Notes under the pieces: generated by a model
What the model was told of the DNA's origin: nothing
The model's input: the letters and a program-made list of their open reading frames with translations, nothing else
The model's database searches: none
From: the human T2T-CHM13v2.0 reference genome, Homo sapiens
DNA length: 64,000 nt
Assembly: GCF_009914755.1 (NCBI RefSeq)
Contig: NC_060926.1
Direction: 5' to 3' (one strand)
In this document: one piece after another, positions 30,593-43,756 of the stretch
Layout of the letters: every line of letters begins with the position of its first letter
How positions within the stretch are numbered: the stretch's first letter is position 1
Translations under genes and position numbers: made by a program

Positions 30593-32049
30593 GTAAGCAG
30601 CCTTGGCAATGCAGCTCAAGATGTTGTCTTCCTACCACCTCTTCAGCAAGAGATAGAACCAACATGGTAGAATGCTATTTTCATAAAGAAAATTGAGACA
30701 AAATTAGCCAGTGTTGGCAAGTTTTCCATGTAGACACAACTTAATTAAAAAAAACCATTTGCGCATAACATTGAGAGTAGTATTGGTAGAACTTATTTCC
30801 CAGATTTTATATCTTTAACCTTTTAAAATACTATGCTTAGCCATGGAAATATGGACTTTATTAATATAAAATTGAATAAGTAAAAATTCTTGTTTTTTCA
30901 TAAATAGTAAAGTCTAGACAATTCTATACATTGTGAGATTTTATAAATACTTTTAAACTTTTCTCCAGATATTTATGTTTTTTGTCTACCTGGAAAAAAT
31001 ACCATTAGCAAGATTCATGTCATTCTACAGCATCTCTACTGTCACTCTTTCTTTAATCCTCATTATCTTCTTATTGTCTGTAAAATCCTAAAATTCAAAA
31101 GGATGTCAAACCATAGAGACTACAAGTTTACTATTAAAAAAATGACCACTGACAAGATTATTGCTGAGAATAAATTAATATTACCACCTTAAAGAGAAAT
31201 CGTTGTATCATTAATAATACAATTTAACTAATTCTCTTAATCTTACATTTACATAGGAGTCATTTAGATTTACACAATCATATAAATTAAAAAAGTTTTA
31301 TTCAAAAACTAATAAATATTGAAAACATGAGCTCATATTTTTAAAGACCCTTATGCATAATTTCCTAATATATCTTATAAGTTCCCAATAATATACTTTG
31401 GAGAGTACATAAATATTTGTTGAGTGTTGACACTGTAAAGAGATGAAGACTTTAAAGGACATGAAGTTTATAGCTATTCATTAAGCAAGTGACCAACTTC
31501 ATCTATACAACTTTTGAAAGACTCAAATGTACATTGGTCTGCTAAAGTACTATGTATATTCAATCCAATAAACCTGCTAGACCCTGGGCAAGATGTTTTC
31601 ATATATAGTATCTTTTTCAAGAGTTCCCAGTGGATAGACTATAGCACACTGGTATGCCAGGAAGAAGTTACAAGAGTACCAACTAAAATATCAATCACTC
31701 ATCTCATGGAATGGCCAAGGGGAGCCTGGTATGAGGATAGTCCACAGCTCACTTATCTCTGCTTAAGCAGCTTCATCTAGGGTTCCTCAGAGAGCTGGTC
31801 AAGTTGAACAGATTCATGAGCCCTCCCATAAAACCCCAGTGTTGGTGAGTACAGTGAGCAACAACTGTCTGCTGTAATTTTGTTGCAGTGGCCTGAGCAT
31901 GGCCAATGAGGTGCTTTACTCTTGAGTGTATCTTTCCACTGCCTGCAATAGCATGTACCATACTCCTTGGATAAAAAGGTTTATGGAGCTACTGGGGAGT
32001 TTGTGTTCCATGTATTCAACTGGCTTAAAAGTCTTCATTAAAAGAAATA

Positions 32050-32712
32050 CGCAAAGCCTCATTGCAGTATTATTCACTACAGAGCAGACATGGAAGCAAC
32101 CTAACTGTATGTACCTTGATGGATAATTGGATAAAGAAAATGTGGTGTGCACATGCAATGGAATACTATTAAGCATTAACAAATAGGAAATCCTACCATT
32201 TGTGACAGCATGGGTGAACTTGGAGGTGTTGTGCTAACTAAAATAAGCCAGTCACAGAAGGACAAATACTACATGATTCCACTTACGTGAGGTATTTAAA
32301 ATAGCCAAACTCACAGAAACAGTGAGTAGAATGGTGGTTTCCAGGAGATGACTTGAAAGGTAATAAGAGCAATTAGTCAAAGGGTGCAAAGCATCAGTTA
32401 CGCAAGATTAGTACTAGAGATCTACTTTACAGCACAGTGCCTATGGTTCACAGCACTGAATTGCACACTTAAAAATCTGCTAAGAGGATAGCTCTTATGT
32501 TGTGTTCTTATGATCTTCACAATCATCATGATAATCATCATTATCATAAGAAGGGTGGAGAAAACTGTTGGAGGTGATGGACATGTTTACGGCGTTGATT
32601 GTGATGATGGTTTCACATGTGTATAGTTATCTCCAAACTCGTCAGATTGCACGTTAAATGTGTACAGATTTTTACATGTCAATCATACCCCAATAAGGTG
32701 GTTTATAAAAAG
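32050..32712 (+). mobile_element. L1MB1/L1MA10-like 3' end
   Basis: gataaagaaaatgtggtg...ggaatactatt...cagaaggacaaatactacatgattccactta...ggaggtgatggacatgtt...ccccaataagg. Confidence 0.85.
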
Positions 32713-33084
32713 AAATCCAAATAGCCATTTCATGGAGGCAAGTTTAGATTATTTTAAGTTTGAGACATGTTTCACTAATGGTTTTGATTTTCCTTTCCAT
32801 AGTTATATTACAGAAGTTTTTTTGTTTTTTTTGTTTTTTTTTTGGTTTTTATTATTTCCTAAACAAGTGTACTCAAATATTTTCCATCTTACTCCAGTGT
32901 GTCATACAAATTTATTGTACCATGTGTGACAGGTTGTAAAATATACTGGGAAGTTTGTAAACATTTTAGCATTAACAAAAACCAAACGCATATTAATTTA
33001 TATTAGTATTTAAATGTAAAGGTGTGAACTCCATAGGCGAGCAGTAGCTTAGGAGTTGGTAATTATCATAAAGTTTGAAAGACA

Positions 33085-33290
33085 GTGATTACTTATCAGC
33101 ACATGGTATTTATGTAGCACTTTACAAACCTTATGCATACAATAATATTTAATTGTTATAACAACTCTATGATGAAGGTATTTATCCCCACTTCATACAT
33201 ATAGAAACCAGACCATTTTCCAGGGTAACAGAGCCAATAGTAGCTAAAATCTAAACTATGTTCTTTGTTAAAACTATGTACTGTCTCCAA
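33085..33290 (-). mobile_element. MIR
   Basis: aataatatttaattgttataacaactctatgatgaaggtatttatccccacttcatac. Confidence 0.55.
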
Positions 33291-33786
33291 ATTATTAGTG
33301 ATATTAACCCAATTTTCTACGTAATTGTTATGAACATCCTACAGAATAGGTTCCCTTTATAAATTGGAGAGTAAAGAACATATTAACAAACATCACTACT
33401 CCCTAACAAAAGATTTATTGTTTTGCTGTTGCTTCATTTCTATATGACCAATACCTGTCAATGTAATCTTTGTACAAACATGTTTTCTCTTACATTTGAA
33501 CCTCCAGGACTATCAAATAGTAGGTAAGAAAGGTGGAGAAAAATGACTTGAAGTTGATACATCAACTAAATTATGTTTGGTGCAATGAGTAAATCAAAAA
33601 TTAAATTGAGGTTCACTCTAGTGGACAATCTCGTGTTTTCCAAAAAGTAAAAAAACTTGCTCTTTGCCAAAATACCAAAAATCTGAACTATAATCATGCT
33701 CTGTTGAAGTAGCCTACAAATGCTTACAGAAAAGTGTGTTATGTCACCAGTTCAGTTATATCACTTCAAATATTATCTATTTCTAA

Positions 33787-34272
<486 letters not shown>

Positions 34273-34939
34273 TGAGATGGTAAATTAGAAAAAAATCCAG
34301 TTAACCATTATCTCCAGAGGAGAACTGACTTGCCCAAAGTCACACGGTAAGTAAATGTCAGACATGTTTAATGTCACCTCTCTTAATACTGTATCATTGC
34401 TCTTGCTGTTACTAGAGTGTAAATAGCTCCACTTGTCTGTGAACTAGACAGTAAGGTTTACTGAACACTTAATGGGAGTGAGCAATAGACTAACATTCTT
34501 TCTTCTTTCATAACAAGGTTTTTGAAATAGAGCCTCCTCCACTGAACCCATCTTGATTGAGCAGAAATGAATACAAACTGCCTTGCCCTACTTCTGATTG
34601 CAGAGGGCAACTTGTATTTCCACACTGTGAGAAGTAATGGGAAGCTCTACTAAGGCTTTGAATAATCTTAGTGCTTAATACTATCACTACTGACTTCTCT
34701 GAGTATAACTTCTCAAAAGAATTAAAAACACGTGGGAGCAAAACTTCCAGCATTATGTTCTTCCTACTATCATACTTAAATGCATTTTATGATCTGTTTT
34801 TTTCGTGAGACAAATTTCTCATAAAGGAAGAATAAGAAACATGGTGTTATTCTCACAGTGGAATGTCCTGAACCAAACTGGTCATCGGAGACAATCCTAC
34901 CACTTTGGACAACATAGAGGTCATATGAATATCAACAAT

Positions 34940-35080
34940 CACCAGTCTGAAACTTCAATTTTACAGATGGAGGACACAGTTGCTCAGAGAGGTTAAAGAT
35001 TTGTACAAGGGCCTTGGTTGAGAGAAGAACCAGGCCTGGAGTCTGACTTACTGACTTCCGTCTCTTCCTACCACACCACC
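34940..35080 (-). mobile_element. MIR
   Basis: caattttacagatggaggacacagttgctcagagaggttaaagatttgtacaagg. Confidence 0.65.
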
Positions 35081-35684
35081 TGTTTCCTAGTGGGCATAAT
35101 TCTTTTGCATGTAACACAATAAAATGTATTGTATATAAAATGCACATCACTTTATATTTATCCTTATATTTCTATATTGACTCTGTTGATCCATTTAGCA
35201 AATGTTGATTGTTCTTCAATTCCACAGTTCATACAGAGCATACCCTTTGCAGTAGTAACTTCTGGGTTTGGATACCTCTTCCACAATATTATGCCATGTT
35301 CAAAAGACTTAAAAAATAAAACACAGCTAGAGACAAATAGGTCTGTTTGTTGCTATGCAAATCAGGTTAGTGTTATTTCTATATACCGTGCATAGAAAAA
35401 CATATAGATATAACACCTTCAAGCCTTAATTTATAAGATTATAATCATGTATTCATTTAATTGAATGCAAGGCATCATTTATGTAAAATACACCATTATT
35501 TTATATTATAATAAGAAAGAATAAATGACAAATCCAATGCAGCTATTGCTACATAATGCTAAGATGCAATCAACAATAGGCATGTCAATATTTCAGAGAC
35601 AATATAATGTGAACACATGTGTCATAGAACTTAAAAAATATGCTGTATCTTTTTTTATATGTAAAGAAAGATAAAGAAAAGGAG

Positions 35685-35835
35685 AGGTTACTATGTACTG
35701 GGCATTAGGTCTACTGACTTTATATGCATAATCTCATTTAATCTTCACATGTCCTTCGAATTAGGTGCTGTTTTATTCTGTTTTATAAATGAAGGAGGTG
35801 AGAATTATGACATATAGTTACTTTCCAAGATCACC
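35685..35835 (-). mobile_element. MIR
   Basis: tactatgtactgggca...ctttatatgcataatctcatttaatcttcac...ttttataaatgaaggaggtgag. Confidence 0.65.
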
Positions 35836-36789
35836 TTCTTTTTAGTAAAAATAACCTGTTGTTCTCTGTATTCTGTTATTATTTGTCAGATGGTCATAAT
35901 TCTGCAAGGCAACTTGTGCTAAGTCAAGCACTGTCCTCAGGTGCATTGTATCTAGTAGAGGAATCTCGTCACGCATACCTGAAAGAGAACATAATTCCAG
36001 GTCTTAACTTAATCCGAGATCATTTATTGACTTTTCTACCTAATGCTCTTTTGTGAAGATAAAAAAGGTTTTACATATATTTTGTGTTAAGTCAACACAA
36101 ATAAAAACTTGAAACAAATATTTGCTCCAAAGGACTGAAAGTTAAACCAAGCCCAATCTTCATATTTTTATAAAAAGTAGAAGAAAAAAAGAAAAAAAAA
36201 TGAGCATGAATTCTTATATTTTGAATATTTTTTTTACCTTTCTTTCCTTATACTTCTGCCTCCCAGAAACACAATAAAGTCAGTCAAACACAGAGATATT
36301 GAAATCTCTTCATTTGGATGATTAGGGAATAGGGTTTCTGTTTAGTTTTGTTTTGCTTTTTAAACACCATGGACAGTTTCTAGCAAGTTCAGTTAACTGG
36401 GTTTTGAGCACTACCATTCATGTGATGCTTTGTCAAAAGAAGAAGAAGAAAGAAGGAAAGAAAATAGAACACACACATACACATCAAACTAGTATGCATG
36501 CCAAAATATTACAGATAATTCAATCAGAATTGTGAGCTTTTATACAAGAGACCATATTTACTGAAGCAGAAAGTATTCCCTGTGTGAATAAGCTTCCCCG
36601 AAATATCTTGGCATAAATGTGCTTAAACTCATTTAGAATACCATGCTTTTTATGAATTCTACATGCTTGTCAAATTACTCAAACTATACTGCAAGCTACC
36701 TCTTCATGGTATCACTCTATTTTATGATGCTTGTTTGTAATATTCATTCAGAATTTCATACCCTGATCAACATTTTTAAATTCAATAAT

Positions 36790-38351
36790 TAAATTGGTAC
36801 CGAGATGGAGCTACTACTGAAATACCTGAAAATGTGGAAGCGACTTTGGAACTGGGTAACTGGCAGAGGTTGGAACAGTTTGGAGGGCTCAGAAGAAGAC
36901 AGGAAAATGTGGGAAAATTTGGAACATCCTACAGACTTGTTGAATGGCTTTGACAAAAATGCTGATAGTGATATGGACAATAAGGTCCAGGCTGAGGTGG
37001 TCTCAGATGCAGATGAGGAACTTGTTGGGAACTGGAGCAAAAACGACTCTTGTTATGTTTTAGCAAAGAGACTGGTGGCATTTTGCCCCTGCCCCAGAGA
37101 TTTGTGGATCTTTGAACTTGAGAGAGATTATTTACAGTATCTGGCAGAATAAATTTCTAAGCAGCAAAGCATTCAAGATGTAACATGGGTGCTGTTAAAG
37201 GCATTCAGTTTTACAACGGAAGCAGAGGATAAAAGTTCAAAAAAATTGCAGCCTGACAATTTGATAATTAAAAAAAACCATTTTCTGGGGAGAAATTCAA
37301 GTCAGCTACAGAAATTTGTGTAAGTAGCAAGTAGCCTAATACTAATCCCCAAGACTGTGGGGAAAATGTCTCCAGGCCATGTCAGAGGCCTTCATGGCAG
37401 CCCCTCCTATCACAGGCCCAGAGACTGAGGAAAACATGGTTTCATGGGCTGGGCCCAGGGTCCCCATGCTGTATGCAGCCTAGGGACTTGATGTCCTGTG
37501 TCCCAGCTGCTCCAGCCATGACTGAATGTGGTCAATATAGAGTTTGGGTTGTTCCTTCAGAGGGTGGAAGCCCCAAACTTTAGCAGCTTCCATGTGGTAT
37601 TGAGCCTGCGGGTACAGAGAAGTCAAGAATTGAGGTTTGGGAACCTCCACCTAGATTTCAGAAGATGTATGGAAACACCTGGATGCCCAGGCAGAAGTTT
37701 ACTGCAGGGGCAGGGCCCTCATGAAGGGCCTCTGCTAGGGCAATGCAGTAGGGAAATGTGGGACTGGAGCCCCCACACAGAATCCCTACTGGGGCACTGC
37801 CTAGTGGAGCTGTGAGAAGAGGGCCACAGTCCTCTAGACCCTAGAATAGTAGATCCACCTACAGCTTGCACTGTGTGCCTGGAAAAGCTGCAGACACTAA
37901 ACACCAGCCCATGAAAGGAGCCAGGAGGAAGGCTCCACCATGCTAAGCCACAGAGTTCCCCAAGATCATGGGAACTTGCCCCTTAAGTCATTGTGACCTG
38001 GATGTTAGACCTGGAGTAAAAGGAGATCATTTTGGAGCTTTAAAATTTGACTGCCCCACTGGATTTCAGACTTGCATGGGCCCTGTAACCCCTTTGTTTT
38101 GACCAATTTCTCCCATTTGGAATGGCTGTATTTACCCAATATCTGCACCCTTATTGTATCTAGGAAGTAACTAGCTTGCTTTTGATTTTACAGGCCCGTA
38201 GGTGGAAGGGACTTGCCTTGTGTCAGATAAGACTTTTAACTGCAGACATTTGGGTTAATGCCGAAATGAGTTTAGACTTTGGGGGACTGTTGGGAAGGCA
38301 TGATTGCTTTTGAAATGTGAGGACATGAGATTTGGAGGGGTGGGGGTGGAA
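36790..38351 (+). mobile_element. THE1A-int (ERVL-MaLR internal region); 5' LTR absent
   Basis: Starts taaattggtacc; ORF 36805-37152 (MWKRLWNWVTGRGWNSLEGSEEDRKMWE...) is the THE1 internal ORF; polypurine tract ggaggggtgggggtggaa before the LTR. Confidence 0.95.
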
Positions 38352-38706
38352 TGATACAGTTTGGCTGTGTCCCCACCCAAATCTCAATTTGAATTGTATC
38401 TCTCAGAATTTCCATGTGTTGTGGGAGGGACCCGGGGGAGGGAATTGAATCATGGGGGTTGAGGTCTTTCTCTTGCTATTATCATGATAGTGAATAAGTC
38501 TCACGAGATCTGATGGGTTTATCAGGGGTTTCTGCTTTTGCTTCTTCCTCATTTTCTCTTGCCGCCACCATGTAAGAAGTGTCTTTCACCTCCCACCATG
38601 ATTCCGAGGCTTCCCCAGTCATGTGGAACTGTAAGTCCAATCGAACCTCTTTTTCTTCCCAGTCTCAGGTATGTCTTTATCAGCAGCATGAAAACGGACT
38701 AATACA
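38352..38706 (+). mobile_element. THE1A 3' LTR
   Basis: tgatacagtttggctgtg...gggtttatcaggggtttctgcttttgcttcttcctc (THE1A-type)...ggactaataca. Confidence 0.93.
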
Positions 38707-39159
38707 ATAATCATTATCTTAAAACTATCATTTGCTAATGTCATCATGTGTGTTAATAGTTTTAAAATCAGAATATCTCTAAACATTAATTTATCTTATA
38801 TAACTATATCCTGTAATGTAGTTCAAATTCATTCATCAGCCTCAGTTTCTTTATATAAATTATTTTGATTTCCATTTGATTTACTACCAAGGAATACATT
38901 GGAAGTGAAAGCTCAAATTGTTTGTACTCTTTTTGTTTTTGCATCATTCTTGGGACAGGAGCAAACAGGGGTTATGGAAAGCTGAAAAAAATAATTAAGA
39001 AAATCAATTAATTTGTCCCAGATAGGGCCAAACATTCCTCCACATGATTCTAGTGTGATACTAAGTTTAAGAACCACTGACTTGTACAATGGAAGGATGA
39101 TTACTACAAAGGCTACTAATTAATAAAGATGTGCTTTGTGGAAGGTAAGGCAGTATTAC

Positions 39160-39520
39160 AACTGGGCCTCAGCAAAGATTGAAACTAGGATACAAAAAAA
39201 GATTTACAGAATTTATGAAATCTTTTCTCTGTCTTCTTTGTTTGTCTCTATTTGCTACCTTCATTCTCTTTCCTTAAGGTTTTTCTGCACTTAGTTCACA
39301 TGATTGAAATAGGGCTGCCAGTAGCTCCGAGGTTGAGTGTTTAGCCAGGACTACTCCGAAATTTCTCAGCCTCAATTACAAATTGATGAGAGCGTAAGCC
39401 CGGCCTTATACTCATGCTTAAACCACTCAGCTCTGGCCTGGGTCAGGGATCATGTTTTGTGAGTTGGCTGCTCTCCCATGCCTATAGGTATAAGAATATG
39501 GAGGCAAGAGAAGGAACAGA
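39160..39520 (-). mobile_element. Old MLT1 (K/L-like) LTR remnant
   Basis: gggctgccagtagctcc...taaaccactcagctctggcctgggtcagggatc; diverged. Confidence 0.4.
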
Positions 39521-39949
39521 AAACCCCAGTTTTGAAAAACACCTATTATTTTAACTTGAATGTTCCAGTCTCGATACTATGCACACAGTGGTTGATTAGG
39601 ACCTGGTCTATATAGGCTTCAATTCTGAATATAGAAAGGAAAAGAAAACTTGAAAACTGATCTACACTGCTAATTTTATCAACGTTCTATCACTAACTTT
39701 CTACATATTCAAACAATGTCCTGCAATTGAACATTGCCTCTTCTTTGAGGCCTTTAATAAACATTAATATGTCAGTGATGAATCCTTCCTCTTGTATAGC
39801 TATATACACTTACTGATTATACTCATTTTGTAGTGCTATTTATTTTGTCCCTTATGCTTTTATTATTTATAATTGTGACATATTTTTTCTATTAGATTGT
39901 TTAAAATAATAGTCCTGGAGGAATACAAAAAGGTCCATAAATAACCTTT

Positions 39950-41080
39950 AAGTGAAGTATAATCTACGTTTTATTCAGCCAATTTGAGTAGGTTTCCTTA
40001 AGAAAATGAACCTTAAAATATAAATATAAAATTAAGTACAAAAAATATTTATTTATACTTAATTGCAAAATGAATATCAAATTTGCAGATATTAAAATAT
40101 GACAAATACCACAAATACCGCAAAAACAGGAAAAAAGTGACAATTTTTGAAATTAATTATCATCTCTATAATGTTTTATTCCTGCTTGTTTTGACTCTCA
40201 CTCCTTGATTGCCTTTTTATATGACCATTTTAAAAATGTTTTCTATGTAGAGATAGTATTAAGATGGTTTATTTCTTCTAACATGCTTCATTTTTTGGTT
40301 CAATGTTTTTAATTCTACATAAAACATAGTCTAAGATAAAGTATTATTCAATATTTGTACTATTATCACATAGTTCTGTGCTGTTATCACAAAAATGATA
40401 AACTATATATTGTGTTATTCTCATCAAGGGAAAAAATTGTCTAGTACAATACCTATACACTGCATTATCAAATTTCTCATGTGAAGGAACTTCTGTGGAC
40501 TAGGTGTAAATGAAAATCAAATTTTCTTCTTATATCTTTATGTATCTAGCGATTGGAAGAATTTTCCACAGACAGGCTTTTGCCCCTATATGTTTCAAAG
40601 TTTTTATCTCCTTCATTACCTACATGTTTCCAATGTCAGAAGCCACTGGACACGTTAAATTTGCAATAAGGCCACTTAGTCTAAACCTTCACTTCACAAC
40701 TCTAGGTGAATAAGTGCAGTGTTTAGTAGGGATATTACTAAAATTTATTGGTACACAGAAGGTGGATAACAATTATCTTAAGTGAACACAGAAGTGATAA
40801 CAAATTACATGATGTATGTAAAATAATTTTAACCCTCTGCAGCTTCCCCTTAGCTAATTCTCCAGAATGAGACAACCACTCTATTTACCCCACTTACAAG
40901 GAGAAAAGTGACTGTAGAGATATTGATAGCAAGACACATTGGACTTCATTGATTGTGGTTTGGCAAAAACATAGGATCATGTGAAGAAACTTCTATGGCT
41001 CCTTTCTACATCTTTGAAGCGCTTGTGCAAAGGAGGGGACATGAATTTTAGGCTTCGTTAGGCTCCTGGTAAATCCCTTT
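39950..41080 (-). mobile_element. hAT-Tip100 DNA transposon remnant (Zaphod/MER115/Arthur-like)
   Basis: Reverse complement of 41020-41077 (ggatttaccaggagcctaacgaagcctaaaattcatgtcccctcctttgcacaagcgc) resembles the Zaphod terminus; left boundary uncertain. Confidence 0.55.
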
Positions 41081-41204
41081 GAGAACTAGCCTTTTCCTCC
41101 TCCCACACTGAATACAAAGATACATTTATGAGGAATGAATAAAGATTATTACGTTCCAGTCAGTTCATGATAGTTTGTATTGGAAACTAGAAAATGAGGT
41201 GTAA

Positions 41205-41564
<360 letters not shown>

Positions 41565-41961
41565 CTACAATTGAAAAACGATGTGAAATCAGCGTAATAA
41601 TCACCTCTTTAAACATGGGTGAGATGTCAAATCTGGCTGGTAACAGCCAGATTTAGTTATGTGACAAAGTAAAAGTGACATAAAAATGAAAATGAAACCC
41701 CAGATCAAAACCAAGTACTGTGGAATTGAAATCTAGAACAACAGGGGATTAATTCTAGAACTGTGATTTCTTAAAGCAGGAGTCAGGATGCTAAGTCACG
41801 GCCAGGGTCAGACACTGCCATAGCAATAGGAAAGAGAGAGAAAGAACAGAGTAAAGCCGGAAATAACACAAAGTACTGAGATCATTCTTGAGACATTTCT
41901 CAAGAATGATCAAAAAGATTTAAAATAGCAGTCAAAAAAATCAAGACAGAAGTAAACAAGA

Positions 41962-42090
41962 GGCTGGATGCGGTGGCTCACGCCTTTAATCCCAGCACTT
42001 TGGGAGGCCGAGGCGGCAGATCACGAGTTCAGGAGATCGAGACCATCCTGGCCAACATGGTGAAACTCCATCTCTATTAAAAATACAGAA
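41962..42090 (+). mobile_element. Alu left arm only (AluSc/Y-type diagnostics)
   Basis: ggctggatgcggtggctcacgcc...caggagatcgagaccatcctggcc...ctctattaaaaatacagaa, then non-Alu sequence. Confidence 0.93.
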
Positions 42091-43373
42091 CCTTTTATTC
42101 ATTTTTAGGAGTAGGTTCATTAGCTTGAAAACTTAGAAATGTACAGATTATGGTGCCAAATTGATAATTTACATAATAATTTTTAAAGTTCTCATTGTCC
42201 TCTGTAAATTTTATTAACAAACATTTTGTAAGTTTTATTAACACATACTTAAAAAAAAAGCTAGACATTAAAGGCAAGCAAGACAAAATTCTAATTATCT
42301 TTTGTTGCAAAGCACCATATGTTGCTGCTTTAAAATCACAAAAGACAATGAAGAACATCTAGATTTTAAATAAAACTTTGATAAATCTAACCAGGGTGAA
42401 AAAGTTAAGCTGGTCAACACATTGCATAGTGACTGTATTTATGACATATTTAATCATGCCAAAATATTTATCATTTAGCAGAAGCATCCATTAATACAAA
42501 AAGGAGATGTGGTTTGTCACTTTAATACTCAATATAGTTTTGTATCCAGCTGTGGCCCTCAAGAAATTTGAAAAATTTTCATGTGGGATTGGAGTTTGGG
42601 AGAGGGATGGACAGAGTGGGAGGGAGACATGTGTATCCCCTTACAAAGCAAGCAGATGTTTACTCTAGTATTTGGCAGAAAAAGTTAAGTGAGTATTAAA
42701 AATATTGATTGTATGCATGCAATTTGGATAAAACAGATTTTTAGGCTTGCTTTATGATTTATTTAATCTCTTGCAGAGAAGAAAAATGGAATTGTTTCTT
42801 AAAGGTTTTAAAGATAGATAATGCATCTAATTTTCTTTTGGGAAGTATTGTAATTTTATATTTGCATGTCAGCTGGAAAGAACACTATAAAAGGGAATTT
42901 TCCGCAATTACTAAACAGTAACATGTTTCAGTCACTATTCTCGGGTGAGAGGCAGCTGATCTCTCATCCTCAGGAAGGAACAACTGGACAGTAACCAGGG
43001 ATCAGGCACTAACTAGGTTCTAAAAGTGTATTAACAAATCCAGAGTATCAATCATCAAAAGTCAGACAGGCCTTTTCTGTGACTTCGTATCATCGTGAAA
43101 ATTTTAAGAGAATAAATATTTTTAGAGTCTTTAAGAGACCCATACAAACATTATGGTCAGAATAACAAGACAAGCCTGTCTCAAGGTTTAATCTAAATGA
43201 AGAATCATGAGTACTCACCTCAAGGCAATTTAACAGATCTGAATTTGCCTTCTGAAGTCTTTTGATCTAAAGCTAAAAGAAAACCAGTTATTCCAGAGTT
43301 TCGAGAATCATATATAACCCCAAAAATATTGATTGTGGGCAGAGTTTATCAATTTTTATTAAAATATTTTTGC

Positions 43374-43664
43374 GGCCAGGTGCAGTGGCTCACACCTGTA
43401 ATCTCAGCACTTTGAGAGGCCGAGGCAGGTGGATCACTTGAGGTCAGGAGTTCAAGACCAGCCTGGCCAACATGGTGAAACCCCATCTCTACTAAAAATA
43501 CAAAAATTAGCCTGGCATGGTGGCGGGCGCCTGTAATCCCAGCAACTTGGGAGGCTGAGGCAGGAGAATAGCTTGAACCACCAGGAGGCAGAGGTTGCAG
43601 TAAGCAGAGATCACGCCACTGCATTCCAGCCTGGGCGACAGAGCGAGATTCTGTCTGAAAAAAA
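43374..43664 (+). mobile_element. AluS (Sx/Sz-like)
   Basis: Full dimer ggccaggtgcagtggctcac...gagcgagattctgtctgaaaaaaa. Confidence 0.95.
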
Positions 43665-43691
43665 TATCTATCTATCTATCATCTATCTATC

Positions 43692-43730
<39 letters not shown>

Positions 43731-43756
43731 ATCTATCTACCTACCTATCTATCTAT
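43665..43756. repeat. (TATC)n / GATA-type tetranucleotide STR in the Alu tail
   Basis: Interrupted atct arrays directly after the Alu A-tail. Confidence 0.95.

Noticed and set aside
36805-37152. 115-aa ORF as a host gene
   Set aside because: Standard THE1 internal ORF, truncated by a stop, with its 5' LTR promoter missing.
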